Part shown: positions 1-18,199 of the stretch, piece after piece
How positions within the stretch are numbered: position 1 is the stretch's first letter
Layout: every line of letters begins with the position of its first letter
NCBI RefSeq assembly: GCF_009914755.1
Contig: NC_060926.1
Source: the human T2T-CHM13v2.0 reference genome, Homo sapiens
DNA: 64,000 bases
Reading direction: 5' to 3' (one strand)
Notes under the pieces: generated by a model
What the model was told of the DNA's origin: nothing
Seen by the model: the letters and a program-made list of their open reading frames with translations, nothing else
Databases searched by the model: none
Position numbers and translations under genes: made by a program

Positions 1-205
1 TTGAGGCCCTGTGCTTAATCAAGTGGCTTAGTTAACCAGGAATTCATTCCCAGGGTATTCTGTGCTACAGATTCCCTTTGAAGAAGTTGGGCAAATGGTA
101 ATGTTGTCAGATTTTTGTGAGACTATTTTATGAGTGGACTGTTAAAGACATCTGAGGAGTGTGTTAAACATTCAGAGCTTTGGGCCTCTCTTGGAAAATC
201 TAAAG

Positions 206-393
206 CAGTGTAGTGCAGTAGAACTTTCTGGGATGAAGAGATGTTCTAGATCTGCATCTTTCAAGAGGGCAGCCACTAGACATATGTGGTTGTTAAGTAG
301 TTGAAATGTGCCTAGTGCAACTGAGGAACTGAATTTTAAATTTTAATTTAAATGTAAATCGCCACAAATGGCTTGCCTTAGTGGACAGTTCAG
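206..393. mobile_element. MER3 (hAT-Charlie MITE)
   Basis: Matches recalled MER3 core agccactagacatatgtggttgttaagtagttgaaatgtgcctagtgcaactgaggaactgaatttt; degenerate terminal inverted repeats. Confidence 0.8.
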
Positions 394-792
394 ATCCAAT
401 GCTCTTCTGATGGGTTCTGTCAGCTGCTTTTGGAAACCACTGGCTTAAAGACCAGATCCCAGGCAGTCCTTAACTTGACATTGCTACTCAGTTCTGTTGA
501 GAACTTTGCCATCAGAAAGGGATCTTCAGCCACTCTTTGGTATCCACAGGTGGTAGAGAGAGCCTTTAAACCTTAAATGCTCCACCTAGACACTAGCACA
601 AAAACTAGCTGGGTTTGAGAGTAAGCCCAGGTTGGCCTCAGTTTACACCTTTGGTGCAACAGGCTGAGGATGTACATCCTCTGTCTCTGGTACTGGGTGG
701 AGAGTGGGCCAAGAAGGAGCAGTGAACAAAAATCTGGGCCATTTTTAGTGAGATTTAGATGCTTCTCGACTGATAGAAATACTAAACACCTT

Positions 793-1220
793 CAGTTCAA
801 TTAAGTCCCAGCTATTTATCTTTGCTTTTATTGCATTTGCTTTTGGGTTCTTGGTCATGAAATCCTTGCCTAAGCCAATGTCTAGAAGGGTTTTTCCAAT
901 GTTATCTTACAGAATGTTGTAGTTTCAGGTCTTAGATTTAAATCCTTGATCCACTTTGAGTTGATTTTTGTGTAAGGTTGAGAGGTGAGGATCCAGCTTC
1001 ATTCTCCTACATGTGGCTTGCCAATTATCGCAGCACCATTTGTTGAATAGGGTGTCCTTTCCCCACTTAATGTTTTCGTTTGCTTTGTTGAAAATCAGTT
1101 GACTGTAAGTATTTGGGTTTATTTTTGGGTTCTCTATTTCTGTTCCAATGGTCTATGGGCCTATTTTTATACTAGTACCGTGCTGTTTGGTGACTATGGT
1201 CTTATAGTATAGTTTGAAAT
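793..1220 (-). mobile_element. L1PB-like element, inverted 5' segment (ORF2 C-terminal region)
   Basis: Antisense L1 ORF2 sequence; its left end (rc gctgggacttaattgaactgaa) is contiguous in L1 with the start of the sense piece at 1221 (gagctttt). Confidence 0.85.
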
Positions 1221-1835
1221 GAGAGCTTTTCCATGGCAAAAGGAACAGTCAGCAGTGTAAACAGACAACCCACAGAGTGGGAGAAAATCTTTGCAATCTA
1301 TACATCTGACAAAGGACTAATATCCAGAATCTACAATGAACTCAAACAAATTAGCAAGAAAAAAAACAAACAATCCCATCAAAAAGAGGGCCAAGGACAT
1401 GAATAGACAATTCTCAAAAGAAGATATAGAAATGGCCAACAAACAAGAAAAAAATGCTCAACATCACTAATGATCAGGGAAGTGCAACTCAAAATCACAA
1501 TGTGATACCACCTCACTCCTGCAAGAATGGCCATCATCAAAAAATTTTAAAAAAATAGGTGTTGGTGTGGATGTGGTGAACAGTGAACACTTCTGGTTGG
1601 AATGTAAACTAGTACAACCACTATGAAAAATAGTGTGGAGGTTCCTTAAAGAACTAAAAGTAGAACTACCATTTGATCCGGCAATCCCACTACTGGGTAT
1701 CTACCTAGAGGAAAATAAGTCATTATATGAAAAAGATACTTGCACATGCATGTTTAGCAGCACACTTTGCAACTGCAAAAGCGTGGAACCAACCCAAATG
1801 CCCACCAGTCAACGAGTGGGTAAAGAATCTGTGGG

Positions 1836-1871
<36 letters not shown>

Positions 1872-1947
1872 GTATATATAAGGCTATATACATATATATG
1901 TATATATATGGCTATATACATATATATGGATATATATTTATATATAT

Positions 1948-2000
<53 letters not shown>

Positions 2001-2349
2001 TATAAAGGAATACACCTCAGCCATTAAAAGAGAGACTGAATTAATGGCATTTGCAGCAACCTGGATGAGATTGGAGACTATTACGGCAAGTGAAGTAACT
2101 CAGGAATGGAAACCCAAACATTGTATGTTCTCACTCATAAGTGGGAGTTCTCACTGACACAAAGGACTTCAGGGACTCAGGGAGAAAGGGTGGGAAGGGC
2201 ATGAGGGATAAAAGACCACAAACTGGGTGCCGTGCATACTGCTCAGGTGATGGATGCACCAAAATCTCACAAATCACCACTAAAGAACTTAGTCATGTAA
2301 TGAATCACCACCTGTTCCCCAATAATTTATGGAAATAAAAAAATTTTAA
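1221..2349 (+). mobile_element. L1PB-like (probably L1PB1) ORF2 end and 3' UTR
   Basis: ORF2 C-terminal peptide [23 protein letters not shown]; L1PB-type 3' UTR caccaaaatctcacaaatcaccactaaagaactt; TSD aaatactaaaca at 777-788 and 2350-2361. Confidence 0.9.
1836..2003. repeat. Compound (TG)n/(TA)n microsatellite inside L1
   Basis: Directly visible TG run followed by an interrupted and then pure TA run. Confidence 0.97.
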
Positions 2350-3096
2350 AAATACTAAACATCTTAAGCACATGCTTCCTGGAACCTACACTCTCCTGAC
2401 TTTTTTCCTATCTATTGTCCATTCTCAGGCTCTTTGGTTGTTCCTTCTTTCCTCCTCTACGTCTTAGCACTACAGTACCCCAGGACTCAATTCTTAAGTC
2501 TCCACCTGTCTCTCTCTGCTTACAGTAATGTGGTTCCAAATACCACTGGGGTAGTTCCAGCCCAGGTGTCTTCCCTGAACTGCCAGCTCTATATACGGCT
2601 TTCTTGACCCTTTGCCTGGACATCTGGTAGGCATCTTACACTTATAGCATGCCCCCAAATGAATTCCTAATCCCCAACTCCAAATCAAGTCCTCCTACAA
2701 TCTAAGCATGTCATTAAATGGCAAGGCCATCTTTCTAGCTGTTCACCAGAAATGCTTGTCATCACCCTTGACCAATGTTTTTCTCTCATGATCCACATAC
2801 AGTCATTCTGCAAATCTGGTTGACTCTGCTCTCATACTAGATTTGGAATCTGACTACTTTTCAGTCTCTTTCCTGTTAGTATACTGGAGCTTGATTTTTA
2901 TTATTTTTTTCTTTAAATAGACTTTAGTGTCTCCATTTCTGCCCCCGAGACTCCCACATTACTGTCTCTCCTTAACACAAAAGCTAGAGTGATAATTTAA
3001 AATTATAATCAGGTCATGTCATTCTTCTACTGAAGATCTTCCAATGGTGCACATCTCTCCTAAATGGCCTTGGAAGTGCTACATGATCTGACTATC

Positions 3097-3976
<880 letters not shown>

Positions 3977-4446
3977 CTACCACACAGCTGTCTGTTCTCC
4001 TGTCTCAGTCACACTGATCGCTTGTCATGTTATTCAAGCATGCCAGACAGACTCTTACCTAGTGCCGTTTTCTCTCTTCCTAAAATATTTTCTCTCAGTT
4101 ATCCACCTATCTGCTTCTTTCATAGTTTCCATCTTAAATAATTGTTTTCTTCTTCAGGAAGCCTTCCTAACCACCCTATTTATGATTATAACCTTCTGAG
4201 AACCCTTTCTATTGCCCTTCCCTGATTTACTTCTATCTACAGACCATATTCTTCCTACCATACCACTTATTTTAACTGTATTTCTTGTCTCCATCACTAG
4301 AATATTAACTTCAATAAAGGTAGAGATATTTGTCTCTTTTGTTCATTTCTGAACCCTTAGATTCTAGAAGAGCACCAGGTCATAGTAGGGCATCAGTAAG
4401 TTCTTTTCAAAGAAATAATTATTTTACCATGCATCCATCACCACCT

Positions 4447-4680
4447 GTTGCAGCTATCTCTTGTTGTATTACAAACTATCACCAAAATGTAGTAGCTGAA
4501 AATACCACTCAACAACATGATTGTGTAGGTCAGGAATTTGGACCAAGCACATGGGGGAAGTCTCTGTGTGATGTTTTCTAGGTCTGGGATGCTCAAGATG
4601 GCATCTTCACTCACATGTCTAGTGCCTCAGCTAGAATGGCTCTACTAGCTGTGAAGATAAAGCAGCCACTCTCGGGTTTT
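4447..4680 (-). mobile_element. MLT1 (MaLR) LTR fragment
   Basis: attacaaactatcaccaaaatgtagtagctgaaaa...caggaatttgg...caagatggcatcttcactcacatgtct. Confidence 0.65.
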
Positions 4681-5300
4681 GATGAGTTTCATGGCCTCCT
4701 GGATGATAAGGCACACACGTGAATAAGCCAGTTTTGCTTTAGTGGTATGTTTGCAGGGATACAATATAGACAAATAATGCCCTTTGAAAGAGAAGACACT
4801 AAAGCCGTTTTGAAAGATGATGAAGAATTTTCCACGAGAAAAGTGAGATAAGACATTCTAGGTGGAGGGAAAAAAGTGGTTGAGGGAGTTGTGAAAAGTT
4901 GAGCGTAGCCTGGAGAGGAGTGGGTGCACACACTAATTTGGACCAGATGCTGATGGTCCTTGGGTGCTGCCCTAAGGGATTTTCATGCTGTCTTAATGTA
5001 GCTCTCCATTTTGTTACGAATATACTCACATTTTGCTTAATTTGCATGAGTTTAAAAATATGTGTATAAACTTAAAATGGAGCATTTTCAGAAAATTGGG
5101 GAATAAATTACCTAACTTTGTAGTATGTCTGTTAAGGCCTCATCACTTGGTTGGTTATGCTGGTTTTCACACATTCCCCTGCAAAACTGTTTTCAACAAA
5201 ATTATCAAGATCTAGTAGCTAAAGGCCATGGTTACCTTTTACTTCTTGTTTTTGATGATGTCCCACCTTTTAAAACTCTCTACTCATGGGCTTTTCAGGA

Positions 5301-5332
5301 TTTTTTTTTTTTTGAGACAGAGTCTCACCCAG
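5301..5332 (-). mobile_element. Ultra-short 5'-truncated Alu (tail plus ~19 nt) with TSD
   Basis: T13-gagacagagtctcacccag flanked by gggcttttcagga(tt) at 5288 and 5333. Confidence 0.85.
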
Positions 5333-5349
5333 GGGCTTTTCAGGATTCT

Positions 5350-5880
5350 TAAACATCTGTCTTCTTTGAGTCTTCACAGATGCCCTCTCTGCCATCTTCT
5401 TGTATGTTGGTACACTGGGGTTCTGGCCTCGTCCTCCATGGGATCTCATTCACCACATGGCTTCACCTACCCGTAAATACACACTTCTAGCCCTGAACTT
5501 GCTCCAGATCCCAATATCTGCCTGCCTCTGGACTTCATTACCTGGATGTCCCACAGACAATTCAAGCCCACTCTATTCTCTGTGAATCTGCTTGCCCCAT
5601 TCCTTGTAGCCTGTTACTGCGCACATGGCACCATCATTCACTTGGTTGTCTAATCTAGAAACCTGGATATCCTTCACACCTCCCTCATATTCCACCACAT
5701 GTCCAGTCGCTCAGAAATTTCCTTTGATGCTTTGAAGTTATCTCTCTTGGATCTGCTTCCTCCTTATCGTCTCTACATCCCAAGAACAGAGAGTGAGTCT
5801 TCTTTATTTTCTTATCTCTGTTTTTAGCACAGTATTTGATATATAGTGTAGATACTATAAATGCTTGCTAAACTTTGTCA
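5350..5880 (+). mobile_element. L2 fragments
   Basis: ctcattccaccacatggcttcacctacc...cctggatgtcccacagac...ggcaccatcattcacttggttgtctaatctagaaacctgg. Confidence 0.6.
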
Positions 5881-6547
5881 AATTCCACATTTTTAAAATA
5901 AAAATGAGAATGAGCTTGTAGTCAACATGGCGTTTGTAAGTTTGGAGTCTATATATGGTAGATATACATATTTTTAAATCTAAGTGCAACTTTTCTCTTG
6001 ATTATCTTGAAATGCCTTATCATCTCCACATTTGCTGTAGGCAGTAGTTTAGTGGTCCATTATATCTGCCACACTGATTGTCTTAAATAACAGTTTCAAA
6101 TTCTGACAGGTTGACTTGCTTCTTAGATTTTTCAGACTGAGTGCTCTGTAGTTATGGATTTTCCATGAAGCAACATAATGTTTTTGCTTCATGCAGGTTT
6201 GTGTGATGCAGTCTCTTGTGTTTGAATAATGTTTGATTTTCAGCATTCATTAATTTCATGTTGATTTTAAAATTATCTGGACTACCTCAATTTTGATGGA
6301 TTCTTTATTTTTGACAGGCATGATATCTCTGTCTTAGGAGCTACTAAATTGAGCCTGCCTCCTGTTGCTGAACTCTCGTTTTTTGGATTGCAATGTGGTG
6401 GAATTGCAGGATATCAAGACAGGCCGGTTAAAAAGGTTTTCTCTCAGTTTAGTCTCTATCAGATGCAGTGCCAAGTATCTTCCAGATAAATATGTCCTGC
6501 ATTGCTCTTGTCCGCTGCCTCAAGTTGAGGATGTTAAACTCTCTGAG

Positions 6548-8485
<1,938 letters not shown>

Positions 8486-8619
8486 AAAATGTGCCATGTA
8501 ATCAGTGAGGTCTCAGTCAGACTTCCAATTAGGGGATCCTGTGTGATGATTGCCTGTAACAATCTGATCATCTAAAAGTCACTTTAGTCACATGGAGGAA
8601 GATTTAGACAGTGACTTTG

Positions 8620-9400
8620 GGTCAGTATTGTGTTTTTTGCTGAGGATATAGAGTAAAATAAGACACAGCTTCTGCCACCAGTGGGCTTATAGATTTAACA
8701 GGCATAGAGGAGCATGGCAACAAATGGCATGGTATGATCAAGGTGCTTTGGGGCAAGGGGAGGTGGGGAAGTTGAGCAGGTTTCACTCCATGAGCTGTAC
8801 GTGGCCAGGGGTTTGAAGGATGCATGGACAGTTGCCAGGGAAGTAGGAGTGGAAGATGGGGCAGGACATGAGGGAGGGGTGGGGGCAGCCTACCGCTGTT
8901 TGAAGGTAAACATGTATGTTTTGTTTGAAGGAGGAGGTTGGGGAGAAGAGGATAGAATTGTGGGAAGTTTCTCCAGGACAGTTGTGGGACGGGTAGTAGG
9001 GAAGGAGTAAGGGTCAAAGCCAGAGTTAAGGAAGCATTTGGGGCAGGATGGAGATATTGTTGGACCTACCTTTTTTATTGATTGCGCTAGAGAGTGGAGA
9101 TAGAGGGAGCTGGGACTGGAGGTGGAGGAACTGGCTCAGGTCCTGCTGTTGGAGTGGAGGTTAGATGTATTGAAGCAGAAGCAGAAATGAGCTTTGAGGT
9201 TTAGGGGGCAAAGTAATTAGGCTTGGGGGTTGACTCTCAGTGGGAAGAGAAGTGTAGGTGGAACTGGGGAGAGGGCGCAGTCTCTGAGACATTTCAGTGA
9301 ATATGCCTGTGTTCTGGCCACCCAGGCCTGGGGTTCCGAGATAACTAAGACATGGCCTTTGCTTTACAGAACCTGATAGATAGGGATAGGAGAGGTGGGA
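8620..9400 (-). mobile_element. Degenerate L2 remnant (purine-rich on +)
   Basis: gaggatatagagtaaaataagacacagcttctgcc resembles the antisense L2 3' end; G/A-rich downstream. Confidence 0.4.
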
Positions 9401-9639
9401 GACTGAGAACAGATGAAAGGGTTGGTGAGCAGTGTGAGGGCCTGGAGCAATCAGAAATCCTGAGTTCGTAAAGATGCCAATCTTTTGCACCAGTTGTTCA
9501 GCATTGGATTAGAGCCTTGATTCAAGGTTGGGATTAGAGGGCAGGTGTGGGAACAACCTGGTGCTCAGAAATAAAAGTTGTTAGGCTCAGTTAATGAAAG
9601 TATAAATTGATATGGGTGGCTTTTAGACTTTGGTAGTCA

Positions 9640-10290
<651 letters not shown>

Positions 10291-11254
10291 CTGCCAAAGT
10301 TTGGACTAATAAAGACAGAAATATTTGCCTGCATGACTCAGTATCTACATACACACACACATACAACAAACCCCCGTGCCCCACCCCCAGCCTGAAACAA
10401 AAGTTTCAGGAGAGTACTTACCTTTGCTGTGAATGATGCCCTCAGATTTCTAAATTCTATTTTGTTTCACTGAAAAAGTAGTTGGGGTGTGCTAAATTGA
10501 TTTCACTAATGGGTTAGGGCCCATAGTAAAAAAACCACTGGAGCTTCCTGATGTTTATGGACACAGGATGGACCATCAGATCAAGTGACTCAGAAATCCT
10601 CACAGCGCTAAGATCTGATTGCTTATAGATTTATCCAAAGTGTGAGGCTGAAGTTAAGCTTCTAAAATGAACTTAAACTCCTAAAATCAAATGACATTGT
10701 AGGTGTTAATAGGTGAATTTTTCTGTGGATTATAATGCCACGTACCTTATATGTGTAATAGAGATAATTTTTGGATCTTGAGACTTGTGTATGGCTAGTG
10801 TGTGAGCTAAGAGTCATCCTGGCCCAGAAGTCGCTGTGGCTTTATAAAATCTTCGAGAAACTGAAAGAGTTTTACTTGTCATCTTGTTTTTCTTTTGTCA
10901 TGACATGGTGATAGTATTGGTAACTTTAAATATTAGGTCTGGATTACTTCCTTTTGTAGCAAAGAGATGAGGAAGTGTAAGATGGATAAATAATCCTTGC
11001 CTCTGTATTTATAGACACATTTATAGAGATTCAGTGGGCTTGAGTTTTGACAGCAGTGTTTGATCAGAAACATTTTCCCAGAACCTTAAAAAAAAACTGC
11101 AGTTCAAATATTTCTAATAAAAAAAATTTTTTTTTTTCGTTGCTGTAACTAGATTTGCATTTCCGATTTTTCTCTCTCTTGTTTCACTTTTGTCTGTGGC
11201 TGAGGAAGGGCCACTTGGGAAATGCAGCTGTGGGTCGTAAGGAGTCCCTCACTC

Positions 11255-11509
11255 TATCGCTCTGTGTTTCCTGGGGCTGCCATGACAATGTACCACAAAC
11301 TGGGTGGTTTAAAACAAGAGAAATTTATTTTCTCACAGTTCTAAAGTCTGTAGATTCAAATTTAAGGTGTTGGCAGGGCCACGCTTCCTTCAAAACCTCT
11401 AGAGAAGGATTCTTTCTTGCTTCTTCCAGCTTCTGGCAGCCCAGGGCATTTCTGAGCTATGGCAGCATAACTCCAATCTCTGCCTCCGTTTTTACATGCC
11501 GTCTTCCCG

Positions 11510-11579
<70 letters not shown>

Positions 11580-11760
11580 TCTCCCTTTATAAGGACACCA
11601 GTCATACTGGATTAGGGTCCACCCTAATGACCTCGTCTTAATTTGATTCCATCTGTAAAGACTCTGTTTCTAAATAAGGTCACATTCATAGGTATGGGTG
11701 GGGGGGACTGGGATCTCAACATACTGTGTTTTGGAGGATAACACACTTCAACCCATAATA
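11255..11760 (-). mobile_element. MLT1B/C-like MaLR solo LTR
   Basis: accacaaactgggtggtttaaaacaagagaaatttatt...ataaggacaccagtcatactggattagggtccaccctaatgacc...caacccataata. Confidence 0.85.
11513..11579. repeat. (TC)n microsatellite
   Basis: Long, nearly pure TC run. Confidence 0.97.
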
Positions 11761-11973
11761 ATGGCAATTTGTTTTTAATGCATTTTTTCTTGCTTTTCCA
11801 CTAAGACACATTGGGGGAATTCTGTTGATTTCCCCATTGCCTTTCTTACAATGTTACTCTCTTTATTTCTTATATTTTTGCTCCAAAATAGTCCACATAT
11901 AATAATCATTCTGTATTATTGAGAATTGAAGGTTATTGGTGTGATTGACTTATCTACTACCTTCTCCATGTAA

Positions 11974-12378
<405 letters not shown>

Positions 12379-12726
12379 AGTGGTCTGCTTTATTAAGCAT
12401 TGATTGAAGCCCAGTGGCTGGTATGGATTACATTGCTATTCAGTCTGTAATTACGTTCTTTTACAGGTGGCAGGTGGAGTGTTTTGGAGCATGTGTCATG
12501 TCCCCCACGTAGCTCAGTTCCTTTCCTTCGGGGCTTCACATGCATACATTTTGAAATGAAGAAAGCCATAAGCAGGTGCCAGATGAGTTTCCTGGGCACT
12601 CAGAAGGAAGAGAGCCTGCAGTAGGCTGGAATGGCCAAGTGGGAAAATGGACAGAATTTAGACAAATGCAGTAGAGGATGAGGGAGAGTGTATCATGTGG
12701 CAGAGATGATGGAAGTACAAGCATTG

Positions 12727-14410
12727 TAGTAGTTCTTAATTTGTTGATCCTAACACCCCTTTGCCCTCATATTTTCTTAGAAGACCTGAGGGAACGTTTC
12801 ATGTGCGTTATATCTATATTTATCATATTATAAATCAAAAATGAGAAATTAAAAAATATGTTCAATTGATTTAAAATAACAAAGTGCCCATTACAAGTTA
12901 AAATACTTATTTTTAGGAAAAATAACTACAAAACAAAAAAAAATGTGGTGAGAACCATAGCACTATATACCATTTTTTTGCAAATCTCTTTAATGTTTGG
13001 CTTATTAGCTGGATTCTCAAATCTGCTTTCTCATTCAATCTGTTGCAATGTTGTTTTGATTTAAATATATGAAGAAAATCCTGCCTCATACAGATATGTA
13101 GTTGGAAAGGGAGAAGCATTTTAATAGCTTCGTCAGATAATTGTAGATATGCTTTTTGTAGATATACTACATGAAAATTCAGTAAGTTATAGTTTCTTTT
13201 TCTTGCTTAAAAATACATTTATTATATCACAGTTTCTATGGGTTAGCAGTCTGCACACAGCTTAGCTGGGTCCTTTTCTTAGACTCACCAGGCTGCAATC
13301 AAGATATCGCCTAGGCTATGCTCTCATCTGGAGGCTTGACTGGGAAGAATCTGCTCCAAGCTAACTCAGGTTGCTAGCAGAACGCTTTCCTTGTTTCTGT
13401 AGGATTGAGGGGCCTAGCTTTTTTCTGGCTACTAGCTAGAGGCCACCTTCAGCTCCTGGAGGCCACCCTTCTTTCCTAGAGGTCACCTGCAGTTTCTTGT
13501 CATGTGGGCTTTCTTAACCCAACTGCTTACTTTATCCAGCCAGCAAGGAGTCTCTAGAGCAAGTCAGCTCGCAACACGGAGTATTATATAATACAACATA
13601 ATCATGGGAGTGACATTTCAACATGGTTTCTTAAAGGTTCATTGCAATGTTGAATTTGGAATCACAACCAATGAAATATTCATACTCCATTACAATGCAT
13701 TGGTTCATGTGGTACTTTGACTGATCTTGTATTCCTGTGTGATTTAATACCATACATTGGTCATTTGGAAACTATTAGTTCACTGAGTTGTATCAGTTTT
13801 CCAAACGTTGACATATTTCATTATATAATATCAAAAACTACGCATATTAACATTACTATCAATTTCATCAGAAACATCTAAGTATTGAGAAGCTATCAAG
13901 CTCACAGTGGTGGATACAGGTGTTAAAAATTTTTAATTTTTGGATTATGATTGACAACAAATGCTGTCATCTGTTTTCCTTCAAGTGCCGAGGTGTACAT
14001 CATTCATTCTCAAGAAATACCTATCAAAATCTCAAGAATAAATATCCAGAGTTCATCTGCCAGTCATTCCCTTCAAGCAAAAATGGTGCACCATAAAAAA
14101 ACCAGTTAGTTCAGCCTGCAGCTCAGTCAGTCAATCAATCAGAGGAGTGCTTTTCTCTGAGGTGACCACTGTACTTCAGTATGCGGCAGAATGCTTTATG
14201 TGTACTTCCCATTTCCTTACACACAATGTCAAAAACATGTGAAATCAAAGGTCAAGAGATAATGAAATTTTACCTGCTTCATCAAGGGCATGCTTACATT
14301 ATTTTTTAACTACCAATGAGTGGCAGTGAATAATATTAATACAATGACTGCTAGTATAGTTTAGTGTCACTACCTCCATTCAAGCTAAGGCATCAGTAGT
14401 GCCAGTGTTG
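12727..14410 (-). mobile_element. Charlie1-family hAT DNA transposon fossil, interrupted by an MLT1
   Basis: caaatctctttaatgtttggctt...ttcttaaaggttcattgcaatgttgaattt...atcaagctcacagtggtggatac; homologous to 62388-64000. Confidence 0.75.
13195..13618 (-). mobile_element. MLT1E/F-like MaLR LTR
   Basis: cagcttagctgggtcc...ggctgcaatcaag...ctcatctggaggcttgactgggaagaatctgctccaagct. Confidence 0.7.
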
Positions 14411-15181
14411 AACATAGTTGTTTCAAGGATAAACCATGAGATTCCAAAAGTTATTAGACACATTGACTGTTTAAGCACCAGTGTTTATTTTCAGAATTTC
14501 ACATTTAAAAAAAATCTTCAATCAGCATCAGCACCAATTAGTCATTTTATAATCCATTTGTAAGGCAAAGGTACAGCTCTGCAGTTGGGATGTGAACTCA
14601 GTCGTCATGTTTGTAGACAAACCTTTCATTTGAGGAGTTACTGTGTCATTAGGAAATGGCACTGCCATGTTTTTTTTAAACTAACTTATCCAGCAGGCCT
14701 TCAGCAATGTCAGTGGTACAAAGTTTTCTTAGTGTCTCAGTTACTGTGTGTTTTTCTCCAGCTAATGCAGTATGATACCCTATAAGGTCTTTCAGTGGCT
14801 TTTTCTCTTCTCTCTTGAAAAACTACAACAACGTTTGTCTTATAAAGTTCTCATCATGTCTGCATTAAAAAAAATCAATTCCTTTTCCTTTAAATCCTTA
14901 GTGATTATTTTCAAAATGATGTTGCAACTGAACTATTTGAAAATATTCTGTTGCGTAAGACATAGTATAAATTACTAAATATCTATAAAGACAAGGTAAA
15001 GACAACTTTGTTAATGTTTTTGTTTATTTATAATTTTCCTCAGGGTTGTTTTGATTTTTTTTCTTAAGTAGTTGCTTCCCTTCCATGGATCAGAGGCCTC
15101 TAATGTGTCAGTTTCATCTTTTTTAGTATCTTTAGGCATAAAAAGTATGTATACCTGTGGGTAGGAAAGCAGGCTTTCTAA

Positions 15182-16215
<1,034 letters not shown>

Positions 16216-16964
16216 GTCTAATCTCTTTTAAGGCAACAATCCATCTTTAAATATAAAAAGTTAGATATTTATTTTAGAATGATATAGTAAATTCTAAATT
16301 ATAGTTTTCATACAACTAAAATATTTAGAATAATTTTTGAAAAGATTTAAAATACTATTGTAAATCTGTGAAATGACAAATCAAAAGGGCAAATAACCTT
16401 TTAGACTTGAGAAAGAGTTTTGACTTTGCAGATTTTCAAAAAAGGTATTGGGATACCTAGGGGTTTGTAGACCATACCTGAAGAACTGCTTGATGAAATA
16501 TAGTATTAGAAACATGGTCTCAGCTTCTCATGAAACTCTTTCCATAGGTGGATAAATAATGATTTCTTTTGATTTACAAATTTGTTTACTAAGAACTTAA
16601 AAAATGTTTTTTCACATTCTACAACAAAGATTTTATTTAACAATAACAGAAAAAGAAATAACAAATCAGTTGCCATGGAATTAAAGTTGGGAAAGAAGAA
16701 TGTTTTGTTCTTGACTGGGAAACCATTTAGAACTGGCAATAGAAGGCAGGAATAAATTGTACTTTTCTGACAATAGGAATGTTTTAAGTCTGTTCTTAAT
16801 CTTTAAAAAAATTTTTTTAAGATCATTTAAGGAGGGTGTATGTATCAGTTTTCAAGTTAAGAGATTTCTCTGAAGCAGCAATTACAACACTTATTTAAAA
16901 TATTTGAAATATGTTGTTAGAATACCAATTAGGTAATTACAAGAAATTATTGAAATTTCATTCA

Positions 16965-17275
<311 letters not shown>

Positions 17276-18199
17276 TTGCAGGAAAACTCAGGCATATTAT
17301 TTTGTTTTATAACCCAAATATATCATTGCTTTAAATGACATACCAAAACCCATCAGCATTTAAATAAGCTTATTTCTTTTTCTTCCCATCAGCCATCTAC
17401 TGAATATTGGGAGTGTGGTGCTGAACCGCAGCCTCACCTGAGGTCAGGGGAAGACTCAGTTTTTTTGCTTTCACTGCACAGTTTGCATATTTAAACATTC
17501 TTGAAAAGAATTGCTCTAAATATCACTAATTATCTCCATGCGTATAGCTCTTATCTTTTATTTTTCATGAAACCAAAGGTTGTGATCTCTCATCTTTACA
17601 ATATGACATCTTTTTACTTAGATTTAGATGCTATATGAAACCGTAATGCCTCTCTTTAAGCTCCAATTCAGATAGTAGATTTGGATAGCATAAATGTTTA
17701 ATACTGTATGTAAATGTCCACATATAGGTTGAAATTATAAGATGTGTAACATAGAGTAGTAATCATCAAATAGGTGACAGATATCCATGTGGCTATTCAT
17801 TGGGGAATGTGACTGTGAATCACTGTATTAAATTCACCTCCTGCAGTCATGGGCTAGGCGGTGTCCATTGGTGCTGCCTAGCATTCTTAGTTTTGGCCAT
17901 TTTGTTTAGGTAGATAGTTGTCTATTAAGCAAGATACTTACTGTGTGTTTTGTAACTAAAAATTGTTTGAGAGAAATTTTAGATCTTCCCTTTGGTTTCA
18001 ACATTATGAAGTATGAAATTATGAATAGTGCTTTAGATTGTCCCATGCAGTTAATGATGAAAACCAGTTGGAGAAGGTGATGAGAGCACTCTAAGAAAAC
18101 TACTTATTTGTGCAAAAAAGTGGGGAGATGATGCTTAATGTGGGGATGCTTCATTGCACATTGGGCCACTTGTTGCTATAGTCTCAAAGATCATGATGT

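Noticed and set aside
1727-2027. Tyr/Ile-rich ORFs
   Set aside because: Translations of the (TA)n/(TG)n tract
12727-14410. Segmental duplication with 62388-64000
   Set aside because: Similarity is confined to Charlie1 sequence, is highly diverged, and the nested insertions differ, so these are independent copies
17393-17442. 50-nt exon candidate (similar cases at 34900-34944 and 52274-52313)
   Set aside because: Only one splice signal is convincing or the site is repeat-derived; not supportable from sequence alone
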